Shown: positions 49,751 to 59,123 of the stretch, piece by piece
How positions within the stretch are numbered: position 1 is the stretch's first letter
How the letters are laid out: each line of letters begins with the position of its first letter
NCBI GenBank assembly: GCA_963822445.1
Contig: CAWGHO010000002.1
Coordinates: 800,001 to 864,000, forward strand
Reading direction: 5' to 3'
Length of the DNA stretch: 64,000 bases
Source of the DNA: an uncultured Acidobacteriota bacterium
GTDB lineage: Bacteria; Acidobacteriota; Thermoanaerobaculia; Gp7-AA8
The notes under the pieces: model-generated
The model's input: the letters and a program-made list of their open reading frames with translations, nothing else
Told to the model about the DNA's origin: nothing
The model's database searches: none
Program-made: the position numbers and the translations under genes

Positions 49751-50704
49751 TCAGACAAGATACGCTGCCGCGAACCCGACCTGCGCGGCCATCATCATCA
49801 GATACATGTGCCGCCACGACGGATGGTTCTCCGTCGCGGTCAGCTCGTCCGGATTCCGCACGATCAACCACACCGTGTACGCGCCCCACAGCGCGAGCGC
49901 GATTCCGAGAACGCTCAGGAACGTCGGATTGCCGGTGAGGATGCGCAGGTGCACGCCCACCGGCATCAGCAGCCAGGGCAGCACGAAGAACGGCGCGATC
50001 ATCCAGGCCGCGCGGCGCACGCCGAACGCGATCGGCAACGTGCGGCAACCGCCGGCGCGATCGCCTTCCATGTCGCTGAAGTCCTTCGTCGATGCCGCGC
50101 CGAGGAGAAAGATCATGAAGATCAGGCCGATGAACCAGGGCTCGGAGTGGTAGGCGCGGGCGACCATCGTCCAGCCGGCCACTTTCAGAAGCATGCCTCG
50201 GGGGATGGCGATGGTGAGATTCGCGCCGATGGGGTGCGCCTTCGTGCGGCCGAACGCGGGCACCGAGTAGACGAACGTCGAGACGAGCGCGATCAGGTAG
50301 ATGAAAAAGCACTCGTGCCATGACAGCGGCGCGAAGAGCTTCTGCGTGAACGTGTTGTACGGATGGACGACCACCAGCCACGTGGGGATCGTACCGAGCG
50401 CGTACATGATCCAGGTGAAGACCCACGCTTCGCGGATCGAGACTGCGCCGGTAACGAGAGGCCGGTTCGGCTTGTTGATCCGATCGATCTCCAGGTCGTA
50501 AATCTGATTGAGGGTGTTGTTTGCCGCGTTGAGGAAGGACGCGCAGAGTGACCCCAGCGTGACGGTCAGAATCACCGACAGGGTCAGCGTTCGCGAGGGA
50601 TCGGGATTGTGCGCGGAGCCCCAGGCGCAGATCGCCCCGGAGACGATGCCGAGGAGCGGCGGGAGGAGGGTGAAGGGTCGGGCGAGCGTGAGGTAGCGGG
50701 TCAC
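49751..50704 (-). CDS. UbiA family prenyltransferase
   Basis: NQIYDLEIDRINKPNRPL, KDFSDMEGDR.GG.RT. Confidence 0.92.
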   Translation of the reverse strand: MTRYLTLARPFTLLPPLLGIVSGAICAWGSAHNPDPSRTLTLSVILTVTLGSLCASFLNAANNTLNQIYDLEIDRINKPNRPLVTGAVSIREAWVFTWIMYALGTIPTWLVVVHPYNTFTQKLFAPLSWHECFFIYLIALVSTFVYSVPAFGRTKAHPIGANLTIAIPRGMLLKVAGWTMVARAYHSEPWFIGLIFMIFLLGAASTKDFSDMEGDRAGGCRTLPIAFGVRRAAWMIAPFFVLPWLLMPVGVHLRILTGNPTFLSVLGIALALWGAYTVWLIVRNPDELTATENHPSWRHMYLMMMAAQVGFAAAYLV

Positions 50705-50761
50705 TGGCGTTTCCAGTCTAGCGGACCGATCATGTTGCTTACTCAATCAGGAGGCTTCTGC

Positions 50762-51220
50762 ATGCGCCGTTTCGCAGGTGTGCTGTTCGTTCTCGTCGTT
50801 GCCCTCGCCTTGGCCCTTCCCCTCACTGCCGCCGACCTCGGATCGGCGCCGATGAACGTCGAAGGCCTGACCATCGACCTTCTTTCCGTCGAGCGGAAGG
50901 GGGCCGTGGTCACGGTGAAGTGGGCCGTCCGCAACTCCGGATCGAAGCAGGCGTACGCGGATTTCGATCTGGCGGGGAAGAAGGCCACGACCTATCTCGT
51001 CGATGAAGAGAACGGAACGAAGTACTTCGTCCTCACCGATAAGGAAGGTCAGCTCCTCGCCACTGAACACGAATACGACGGCATCTACGAGGCGATCCCG
51101 GAACGGCAGACCAAGCGCTTCTGGGCGAAGTTCCCCGCGCCGCCGCCGGCGGTGAAGACGATCAACGTTCTCTTCAGCGACAGCGATCCGTTCGAGAGCA
51201 TCGCCATCACCGACAAATGA
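50762..51220 (+). CDS. Secreted hypothetical protein coupled to OmpA lipoprotein
   Basis: SD AGGAGG, signal peptide, YLVD..KY.VL.D, WAKFPAPP. Confidence 0.75.
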   Translation: MRRFAGVLFVLVVALALALPLTAADLGSAPMNVEGLTIDLLSVERKGAVVTVKWAVRNSGSKQAYADFDLAGKKATTYLVDEENGTKYFVLTDKEGQLLATEHEYDGIYEAIPERQTKRFWAKFPAPPPAVKTINVLFSDSDPFESIAITDK

Positions 51221-51915
51221 GGAAGCTCGCAGCGCTCGCCGTGATCCTGCTCGCGGCATGCGGGCAGGAGAAGCCGGAGCCGCAATCCGCTCCGGCGCCG
51301 TCCTCGGTGTTGCCCGCGGCCGCGGGCGCACCGGCGGTCGCGGCGACGGGAACGTTCGAGGATCCCGAGCCCGCCGGCGCGCAGGCGCGCGCGGAAGCGG
51401 TGGTCAACGCCGACTTCAATCGCGACAAGCGCACGACGCTGGCCATGAACATCACCACCATCGTCGGCCGCACCTCGGAACTGGAAGGTTTCTCCTCTGG
51501 CATCGCCGCGCGGGAAGACAAGATCGACGCTCGTCTGGCGCGGCTGAACGCGAGAGTCACCGAAACGGAAGTCGTCATTCAGCTTCCGGGAGCGATCCTC
51601 TTCGATTTCGACTCGGCCAACATCCGCGCCGATGCCGACCGCGCGCTGAACGACGTGGCCCAGGTCATCAAGGCTTACGCGGCGCGTCCGGTGCGTGTGG
51701 AAGGGCACACCGACTCCATCGCCAGCGACGACTACAACCAGTCCCTTTCCGAGCGCCGCGCCGCCTCGGTGGTGACCTGGCTGACCGCGCACGGAGTCGA
51801 GAAAGGTCGCCTGGCTTCGGCGGGCTTCGGCGAGAAGAAGCCGGTGGCCACGAACGACACACCGGCCGGACGCCAGCTCAACCGGCGGGTGGAAGTGGTC
51901 ATTGCGAAGAAGTAG
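51217..51915 (+). CDS. OmpA-family lipoprotein
   Basis: LAAC lipobox, FDFDS, EGHTD, LSERRA, NRRVE. Confidence 0.92.
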   Translation: MRKLAALAVILLAACGQEKPEPQSAPAPSSVLPAAAGAPAVAATGTFEDPEPAGAQARAEAVVNADFNRDKRTTLAMNITTIVGRTSELEGFSSGIAAREDKIDARLARLNARVTETEVVIQLPGAILFDFDSANIRADADRALNDVAQVIKAYAARPVRVEGHTDSIASDDYNQSLSERRAASVVTWLTAHGVEKGRLASAGFGEKKPVATNDTPAGRQLNRRVEVVIAKK

Positions 51916-51924
51916 ACTCCCGCG

Positions 51925-52749
51925 GTGCCTGTCAGAAAGCCCATCCCCGACAACAACGACGATTCCGAGAACTACGACTCGTCCTCCCGCAAAATGAACG
52001 AACGCAAGATCGCTCTGTTCATCGACTTCGAGAACATCGCCATCGGTGTAACTGACGCGAAATACAAGAAGTTCGAGATCGCCCTGCTGCTCGAGCGCCT
52101 GCTCGAGAAAGGCAAGATCGTCGTCAAGAAGGCTTACTGCGACTGGGACAAGTTCCCCGACTACAAGCGGGAGCTGCACGAGGCCGCGATCGAGCTGATC
52201 GAGGTCCCGGGCCGCGGCTATTCCGGTAAGAACTCGGCCGACATGCGCATGGCCGTCGACGCCATGGATATGTGCTGGTCGAAGGAGCACATCGACTCGT
52301 TCGTCGTCGCGTCAGGCGATTCCGATTTCTCCCCGCTGGTCTCCAAGCTCAAGGAAAACGACAAGTACGTCATCGGCTGCGGAGTGAAGAACTCCTCGAG
52401 CGACCTCCTGATCGACAACTGCGACGAATGGATCTTCTACGAGGACCTCGTCCGCGGCATCACCAAGGCGCCTACCGTGGCCTTCCAGGACAAGAAGAAG
52501 GCCGAGGTGTTCAAGCTGTTGATCGATTCGATCAAGGCTCTGATGCGGGAGAACAAAGAGATCCTCTGGGGGTCGATGGTCAAGCAGACCATGCAGCGCA
52601 AGAAGCCGACCTTCAACGAGGAGTATTACGGCTACAACACCTTCAGCGACCTGCTGGAAGACGCGCAGACGAACAACATCATCAAGATCAAGAAGGATGT
52701 GAAGTCGGGGTCGTACGTGATCACCGGCTTCGCGCAGTCGGCGGCGTAG
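51925..52749 (+). CDS. NYN (LabA/DUF88) domain protein with C-terminal OST-HTH/LOTUS
   Basis: FIDFEN, KNSAD..MAVDA, SGDSDF, YGYNTFSDLL. Confidence 0.92.
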   Translation: MPVRKPIPDNNDDSENYDSSSRKMNERKIALFIDFENIAIGVTDAKYKKFEIALLLERLLEKGKIVVKKAYCDWDKFPDYKRELHEAAIELIEVPGRGYSGKNSADMRMAVDAMDMCWSKEHIDSFVVASGDSDFSPLVSKLKENDKYVIGCGVKNSSSDLLIDNCDEWIFYEDLVRGITKAPTVAFQDKKKAEVFKLLIDSIKALMRENKEILWGSMVKQTMQRKKPTFNEEYYGYNTFSDLLEDAQTNNIIKIKKDVKSGSYVITGFAQSAA

Positions 52750-53119
52750 TCGTCTCAGTTTATCCCCGCGCGAAGACGCGGGGATCTCTCCGTGCACGAT
52801 CGCCGATTGTCGCCCAGGCGAGGCCGCCGCGGGCGATGAGTGGCCCGCGATTGTCCCTTACGCCGTCAGCATCGTCCGTGCGCGGGGAGATCCCGCGTCT
52901 TCGCGCGGGATAGACTGAAATCCCGGCTTCGCGCAGTCGGCGGCGTAGTCGTCTCAGTTTATCCCCGCGCGAAGACGCGGGGATCTCTCCGTGCACGATC
53001 GCCGATCGTCGCCCAGGCGAGGCCGCCGCGGGCGATGCGTGGCCCGCGAGTTCCCTGTACGCCGTCAGCGTCGTTCGTGCACGGGGAGATCCCGCGTCTT
53101 CGCGCGGGATAGACTGAAA
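52724..53119. repeat. Tandem ~197-bp duplication (NYN gene 3' end plus long palindromic REP/MITE-like element)
   Basis: Units 52724-52920 and 52923-53119, each with arms tcagtttatccccgcgcgaagacgcggggatctc ... gagatcccgcgtcttcgcgcgggatagactga. Confidence 0.9.
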
Positions 53120-53130
53120 AACGGCTCGAG

Positions 53131-53679
53131 TCAGCCGGCCGTGCGGAGCGCCTTCACCACCGCGCGCGCGATCTCGATTCCGGCGGCGTAGTTCTGCCGG
53201 GTGTTGTTCCCCGCGGGATACGAATCCCTCATCTTGTCTTCGCTGTTCGGCAGACGCTCGAAGCGCGCCGCGCCGTGGCCGACGTTTCGTCCGCCTCGAA
53301 GGATGTCGAACTCGACGACCTGAACGAACTGGATCGCACGGCTCGCATCCGCGTCAGCCAGCGTTCCATGTTCCCTCTTGTAGGGCTCGACGGTTCGACG
53401 GGTATCGCGGGGCGAGGCCAGGTGGGATCGCATGGCTTTGTGGGGCGTGAGAACGATCACCGCATCGAACGAGCTGGCATCGGCTGAGTCGACCAGCTGA
53501 ACGTTACCGAGACGCTCCCGCAGGGCCGTGACGACTTCATCGGCGGGAAAGGCGAACGTTCTTATCGTTGGATCCTGCTCGATCACCACCGCGTACTGGC
53601 CGGGGATCTTGTCGGTGTTCGTCGTTGCACAGCCGGAGAGGATCAGGATGGTGGTCAGGAGCAGAGCGGTGGCTTTCAT
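53131..53679 (-). CDS. Hypothetical lipoprotein
   Basis: MKATALLLTTILILSGC lipobox; SD GAGGA. Confidence 0.75.
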   Translation of the reverse strand: MKATALLLTTILILSGCATTNTDKIPGQYAVVIEQDPTIRTFAFPADEVVTALRERLGNVQLVDSADASSFDAVIVLTPHKAMRSHLASPRDTRRTVEPYKREHGTLADADASRAIQFVQVVEFDILRGGRNVGHGAARFERLPNSEDKMRDSYPAGNNTRQNYAAGIEIARAVVKALRTAG

Positions 53680-53821
53680 CGAATCGTTCCTCGGGGTTGT
53701 TTGAAATGCAACTAAGGCGCCCTGAATACGCGTCGATACGCAAGGAGTTAGGCGATGCGGTGTCCATCCTTGAGGAAACGGTGTCGCTTATCGAGCACGG
53801 TGCTCCACTACAATCGCGCCC

Positions 53822-55477
53822 GTGCCGAAGCCGAAGAATCGTGAGCACTACCCTGCCCTCGTCGTCGGCACCGGCATCGCCGGCCTGACCACCGCTTTTA
53901 CCCTGGCCAGCGCGGGCATCCGCGTGCTGCTGGTGACCAAGGCCACCGATCCCGCGGACTGCAACACCTCCTGGGCTCAGGGCGGGATCATCTATCAGGG
54001 CGAGAACGACTCACCAGCCAAGCTCGTCGGCGACGTGATCCGCGCGGGCGCCGGCATCTCGAACGAAGAGGCTGTCCGGTATCTGGCCGAGGAAGGGCCG
54101 CGGGTCGTGAAAGAACTGCTGCTCGATGAGATGCACGTGCCTTTCTCGACGACCGACGAAGGGGAGCTCGATCTCACGAACGAAGGCGCGCATTCGGTGT
54201 CGCGCATCATTCACGCCGGCGACGCGACCGGACGGGCCATCGAGACGTCGCTCCTCAATCGCGTGAAGTCGGAGCCGAACATCACTCTGGCCACGGACGT
54301 CACGGCAATCGATCTGCTCACCACGCATCACCATCCGCAGGACGTCCAGATCCGCTATCGACTGACCAACGAGTGCGTGGGCGCGTATCTGCTCGACAAC
54401 GAGACCAACGAGGTCTACACGATCTTCGCCGACTTCACCGTCCTGGCCACGGGCGGTCTCGGCCAGATTTACCTGCACACCACCAACACGCGCAGCGCCA
54501 TCGGCGACGGTGTGGTCATGGCTCATCGCGCCCGCGCGAAGATCATGAACGCGGAGTACGTGCAGTTTCACCCGACCGCGCTGGCGGACAAGAAGGCCAA
54601 TCATTTCCTGATCTCCGAAGCGTTGCGCGGTGAAGGGGCGCGGCTTCGCAATCAGCGCGGCGAGTACTTCATGGAGCGCTACTCGCCGGAGCTGAAAGAC
54701 CTCGCGCCGCGCGACATCGTGGCCCGGGCCATCGTCGATCAGATGACCCGCAACAAGGAGGAATTCGTCTATCTCGATCTGGCGAATTTCTACAACGGCC
54801 ATCAGCCCATCCCGGAGCGCTTCCCGAACATCTACAAAGCGTGCATGGACATCGGCGTGGACATGGAGCGCGACCCGATTCCGGTCGTCCCCGCGGCGCA
54901 CTACTTCTGCGGCGGTGTGCTGGTGAACACGGTCGGCGAGACGACCCTGAGCCGCTTGTATGCGATCGGCGAGACGTCCTGCTCGGGATTGCACGGCGCG
55001 AATCGACTGGCCTCGACGTCGCTGCTGGAAGGTCTGACCTGGGGTTATTACGCGGCGCATTCGATTCTGGCGAAGCTCACCGCCGCGTCGAGCGCGGCAT
55101 CACCATCGGTGCACCGCGCGTTCTCGTCGCTCGTCGCGGGATCGGGGCCAGTCCCCGATTCGCTGCTGCACTCGATTCCTGACTGGAAACCGCCCGGAAC
55201 GGAGAACCTCGAGGACCCCGCGCTGATCCTGCAGGACTGGACGACCATCCAGAACACGATGTGGAACTACGTGGGAATCATCCGCACCTACGAGCGTCTC
55301 AAGCGCGCCATGGCCGACGTAAAACACCTCGGCGACCGCCTCACCAAGTACTACCACGAGTCGACGATCAGCAAGTCGATCGTCGAGCTGTTCCACGGCC
55401 AGCAGATGGCGGCGATCGTGTCGGATGCGGCGATCCGAAATTCGCGGTCGATCGGCGCGCATTTTCGAGCGGACTGA
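53822..55477 (+). CDS. nadB: L-aspartate oxidase
   Basis: GTGIAG, WAQGGI, QFHPT, LISEALRGEG, AHYFCGG, HGANRLASTSLLE. Confidence 0.95.
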   Translation: MPKPKNREHYPALVVGTGIAGLTTAFTLASAGIRVLLVTKATDPADCNTSWAQGGIIYQGENDSPAKLVGDVIRAGAGISNEEAVRYLAEEGPRVVKELLLDEMHVPFSTTDEGELDLTNEGAHSVSRIIHAGDATGRAIETSLLNRVKSEPNITLATDVTAIDLLTTHHHPQDVQIRYRLTNECVGAYLLDNETNEVYTIFADFTVLATGGLGQIYLHTTNTRSAIGDGVVMAHRARAKIMNAEYVQFHPTALADKKANHFLISEALRGEGARLRNQRGEYFMERYSPELKDLAPRDIVARAIVDQMTRNKEEFVYLDLANFYNGHQPIPERFPNIYKACMDIGVDMERDPIPVVPAAHYFCGGVLVNTVGETTLSRLYAIGETSCSGLHGANRLASTSLLEGLTWGYYAAHSILAKLTAASSAASPSVHRAFSSLVAGSGPVPDSLLHSIPDWKPPGTENLEDPALILQDWTTIQNTMWNYVGIIRTYERLKRAMADVKHLGDRLTKYYHESTISKSIVELFHGQQMAAIVSDAAIRNSRSIGAHFRAD

Positions 55478-55486
55478 TCGCTGCGC

Positions 55487-55582
55487 GAAATTGAAAATTG
55501 GAAATTGAGAATTGAAAATGTTTGAGACTCGCTTGGCGCTTCGTCCCTTTTTTCAATTTTCAATTTTCAATTTTCAATTTTC
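55487..55582. repeat. Palindromic 7-bp-unit element (AATTGAA / TTCAATT)
   Basis: gaaattgaaaattggaaattgagaattgaaaa ... ttttcaattttcaattttcaattttcaattttc, abutting ATG 55583. Confidence 0.88.
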
Positions 55583-56176
55583 ATGAAGCTCCACCTCGGC
55601 TGCGGTCCGCTGGCGCTTTCCGGCTGGATCAACATCGACAATCAACCCTACCCGGGCGTCGATCGCGTGCTCGATGTCACCGCGGGCCTGCCGTTCGAGG
55701 ATGCGCAGTTCATTTTCGCGGAGCACTTCATCGAGCATCTGCCGTTCGATGCGGCAGCGGCGCTGATGCGCGAGTGCAGGCGGGCATTACGCGACGACGG
55801 CGTGCTGCGCTTGTCGACGCCGAACCTCGATTGGGTCTGGGCTTCTCATTACAAGAAAGTGATGACCCAGGAGGAAGCGGTGCTGGCCTGCTTCGCGATC
55901 AATCGCGCGTTCCGCGGATGGGGCCACCAGTTCCTGTACAACGAGACCACCCTGCGGTCGCTCCTGCTCGATGCCGGCTTCGCGAATGTCGTCCGCTGTG
56001 ATTACGGCCAGAGCAAGCACGCGGAACTGCGCGGCATCGAACGGCACGAATGGCAACCGGATTTTGACGGCTTCTCGCACATCCTGATCGTCGAGGCTTC
56101 CGGGCGCGGTGGGGAAGCGCCGGAGTATCTGGATGGGCCGCGGGAGATGTTCGTGCGGGACGCTGGCGTGCGATAA
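55583..56176 (+). CDS. Class I SAM-dependent methyltransferase
   Basis: KLHLGCG, GWINID, HFIEHL, G.LRLSTP. Confidence 0.88.
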   Translation: MKLHLGCGPLALSGWINIDNQPYPGVDRVLDVTAGLPFEDAQFIFAEHFIEHLPFDAAAALMRECRRALRDDGVLRLSTPNLDWVWASHYKKVMTQEEAVLACFAINRAFRGWGHQFLYNETTLRSLLLDAGFANVVRCDYGQSKHAELRGIERHEWQPDFDGFSHILIVEASGRGGEAPEYLDGPREMFVRDAGVR

Positions 56177-56247
56177 GTGACGCATGGGCGTCAGTCTTGA
56201 CGAGCCGCTTTTCCGGCAGTAAAGTCGTCGCCGGAAGGAGGACTCGG

Positions 56248-56535
56248 ATGCGAAGGTTCCTCGTCGTTCTTTCGATTGTGGTGCTCGCGACGCCGGGACT
56301 GATGGCCCAGGTGCAACCGCCGCCGGTCGGTGGCGGAGGCAACGGCTGCCAGGATTGCATCGCCGTCAACGCCAGCATGACCACTTATTGCCTGACCGCC
56401 GAGGGCGGATGCTGCGCGACGACCTGGTACGGCTGCTCGCCGGGTCCATACCGGTGTCTGTGCATGCCGTTCGGCAATGGGTGGCTGCAATGCGAATGCT
56501 TACCGGAGTGCGGCGAGCCTTGCCTCTGGGCGTGA
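56248..56535 (+). CDS. Secreted 95-aa cysteine-rich peptide (12 Cys)
   Basis: SD AAGGAGG; signal peptide MRRFLVVLSIVVLATPGLMA; Cys-rich mature part. Confidence 0.8.
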   Translation: MRRFLVVLSIVVLATPGLMAQVQPPPVGGGGNGCQDCIAVNASMTTYCLTAEGGCCATTWYGCSPGPYRCLCMPFGNGWLQCECLPECGEPCLWA

Positions 56536-56538
56536 CCC

Positions 56539-58701
56539 GTGTGGAGCATCCTTTTCATCCTGCTGGTGGTAGAGGCGGGGAGCGCACAAACCGCGCCGTT
56601 GGTGATCGACTATCGCGCCGCCACGTCCGCTCCGTTGCCGTGCGAGCGCGGCGTCATCGTCGCAACACCGGTCTGCACCGGCGTTGGCCCGTGCGATCTG
56701 CCCACGCGCACGGCTGACTGGGCGCGCGGGGATGCGTCGGTCACCCTGGACCTGGACCACTCCGTTTCCTGGACGATCGGTCTGGATGCTCGCAACTGCT
56801 GGGCGCAGGAGATCGTCGCGGGTGCTGGCGACACCGGAGGTTCACGCTCTGCCTTCGTCTGGCCCCTGGCCACAATTCAAGCGAACCTGATCGCGGAGAA
56901 AGGTCTGAAGTTGCCGGCGACTGCGTCGATCGCGATCGACAATGGCGAGGTCAACCCGTCCGCGACATGCACCATCGATCATTCGCGCCTGACTTGCCGC
57001 GGCCCCGCCATGACCGGCGACCTGCGGCTCGAAGTGCCGGGCTTCGCCCCGGTCTACGTCTGGAACCGCACCATCGCTCCGAAGACGTCCCTCGGCGATA
57101 TCTCGGTCAAGGAGGCTGCGTCATTATCCGGACGCGTTGCCATTGGTCGCCGTGGCGAGAAGGTCGCTGGAACGACGGTCATCATCAAGCCGTCCCTGTT
57201 CGCCCAGACCCGCGAAGAGCAACGCCAGATCGACGCGCGAACGCGCAGAACGACCGCAACCGCGACGGGACTCTTTCAGTTCACGGACCTCGATCCGGGC
57301 CGTTACGAAGTTCGCGCCTCGAAGGACGGCTGGTCACCATCTGAGACCGTAATCATGACTGTCGAACCGGGACGGGAGGCTACGCTGCCCCGCAGACTGT
57401 TGCTCGAGCCGCTGATCGACTTCGAAGTCGCGGTCACTCCGCAGCTCGCCCCGGACGGGCAACCGTGGATCGTCCGCGTCAAGGAAAACGTCGATGTCGC
57501 GCCGAAATCCATCGAGAGCCCGGCCGGCATCGACGGTCGTTGGTCGGCCGGCGCCCTTCAAGCCGGCACCTACACAATCACCGTCCTGGATCGAGCCGGG
57601 ACGATGTTCTTCGAGCGCGGGGCTCCCGTCTCGACGGTTCATTCGCGCATTGCGGTGACGGTCGACGGCGTCGTCGTGCGAGGGCGTCTCAAGCTGGGTG
57701 ACGAGCCATTGGCGGGGTCGGTCAGATTCGCCAAGTTGGGCGGCAAGCGGGCGTCATTTCGGGCCGATGACAGGGGCCTTTTTGCGGGCGTTCTACCGGG
57801 CGAGGGCAAATGGGAGGTTGACGTTACGCCGAACGGAAAGCAGACCAGCGTGCGCGCGCCCGCGGCAGATGTGCGACGAGGAAGTGATGGCGTCGCCGAA
57901 TTGGAGATTGAGCTGGAGGCTGGCCGCGTCACCGGCCGAGTCGTCGACGACACAGGCAAGAGCGTGATGGCGATCGTTTACGTCCACGAGGAGGGACGGC
58001 CCTTCATCACGCACGAACGCACGGCGGACGACGGTACGTTCGAGCTCATTGGGTTGCCCGTCGGCGAGGTGAAACTGCACGCGGCGAAGGGCAACCAGGA
58101 CTCAGGGCTCATCTCTCACCGTGTCAGTGAGAGCGACGACGAACCGGTCACACTCGTGCTACGCCGGAAACCGAGCGTTCGCGGCTGGGTGGTTACATCC
58201 TCGGGTCGCGCCGTGGCCGGCGCGACCATTCGCTACTGGAGCGACGCGGTCGGAGGCGAAAGGGAGCGCGTCACCGGGCCCGACGGCGAGTTCGACTTAC
58301 CGGTACTGCCGTCAGACATCGAGATCACGGTCGTGGTGGTCGCCCCACCCCTCCCCGTGAAAATCGTCAAGCTCGTCGTCGACGGCGAACCGAAAGAGCT
58401 CGTGCTCGATCGCAGTTCCGGAACGTTGTTCATCAAGGCGCGATCGAACCTCGGCATCTTCCTTCGCCGCGGTTCGGCCACGGCGCCGTTGCCTTCCGTT
58501 TTGAGCCCCAAACCGCGCGGCATGTGGGCACCCGAGTGGACTCCGCGCGGTTACGCACTTTCTCTCGAGCCCGGCAACTACCTCGTTTGCCGGAAACCCT
58601 TCGCACCGGCCAACGAGTGCCAGGCCGTTTCGCTGACCGCTGGCGCCGAACGAGATGTGACGGTGGACAATGCAGATCAACTTCCGGAAGACGTGCGCTA
58701 G
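56539..58701 (+). CDS. Secreted protein with carboxypeptidase-regulatory-like beta-sandwich repeats
   Basis: Repeated G.V....G..V.GA / T..DG.F.. / LDPGRYEVRA units. Confidence 0.8.
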   Translation: MWSILFILLVVEAGSAQTAPLVIDYRAATSAPLPCERGVIVATPVCTGVGPCDLPTRTADWARGDASVTLDLDHSVSWTIGLDARNCWAQEIVAGAGDTGGSRSAFVWPLATIQANLIAEKGLKLPATASIAIDNGEVNPSATCTIDHSRLTCRGPAMTGDLRLEVPGFAPVYVWNRTIAPKTSLGDISVKEAASLSGRVAIGRRGEKVAGTTVIIKPSLFAQTREEQRQIDARTRRTTATATGLFQFTDLDPGRYEVRASKDGWSPSETVIMTVEPGREATLPRRLLLEPLIDFEVAVTPQLAPDGQPWIVRVKENVDVAPKSIESPAGIDGRWSAGALQAGTYTITVLDRAGTMFFERGAPVSTVHSRIAVTVDGVVVRGRLKLGDEPLAGSVRFAKLGGKRASFRADDRGLFAGVLPGEGKWEVDVTPNGKQTSVRAPAADVRRGSDGVAELEIELEAGRVTGRVVDDTGKSVMAIVYVHEEGRPFITHERTADDGTFELIGLPVGEVKLHAAKGNQDSGLISHRVSESDDEPVTLVLRRKPSVRGWVVTSSGRAVAGATIRYWSDAVGGERERVTGPDGEFDLPVLPSDIEITVVVVAPPLPVKIVKLVVDGEPKELVLDRSSGTLFIKARSNLGIFLRRGSATAPLPSVLSPKPRGMWAPEWTPRGYALSLEPGNYLVCRKPFAPANECQAVSLTAGAERDVTVDNADQLPEDVR

Positions 58702-59077
58702 TTTCCTGCTCTTCGCGGCTGTCACAGCGTCCGCTGCGCAGCGCCCGGGATGGCTCGGGTTCGGGTACCTGAATCAAACCCGGGTCGAGCGAGGAAAGGT
58801 GATCCGGTCGTGGTTCGTCGTCCGACACGTCCTTCCCGGCAGTCCCGCGGAGCGCGCCGGACTGCGCGTCGGCGATCTGATCACCGCCATCGACGGCCGG
58901 GCGTTGCGCTATGCCTCCGACGCGGACGCCATCGCGGCGATGTCACGCGTGAAGCCGCAGCAGCGACTCCGGTTCGCGATCTCGCGGCTCGATCAGCGGC
59001 TGGTCGTGACGCTCGTGGCCGCGCCCATGCCTGATGCAGCCTGGCAGCGGTGGCAGCAGCAGACCCGTCGACCCTGA
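58670..59077 (+). CDS. Small secreted PDZ-domain protein
   Basis: GWLGF, VLPGSPAERAGLRVGDLITAIDG; signal peptide. Confidence 0.85.
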   Translation: MQINFRKTCASFLLFAAVTASAAQRPGWLGFGYLNQTRVERGKVIRSWFVVRHVLPGSPAERAGLRVGDLITAIDGRALRYASDADAIAAMSRVKPQQRLRFAISRLDQRLVVTLVAAPMPDAAWQRWQQQTRRP

Positions 59078-59123
59078 GTGTTTACCGGCCCTCCTGCCCC
59101 TTTATGCTATAAACGCATACCGC

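Noticed and set aside
52724-53119. CRISPR array
   Set aside because: Only two long units, no unique spacers, no cas genes
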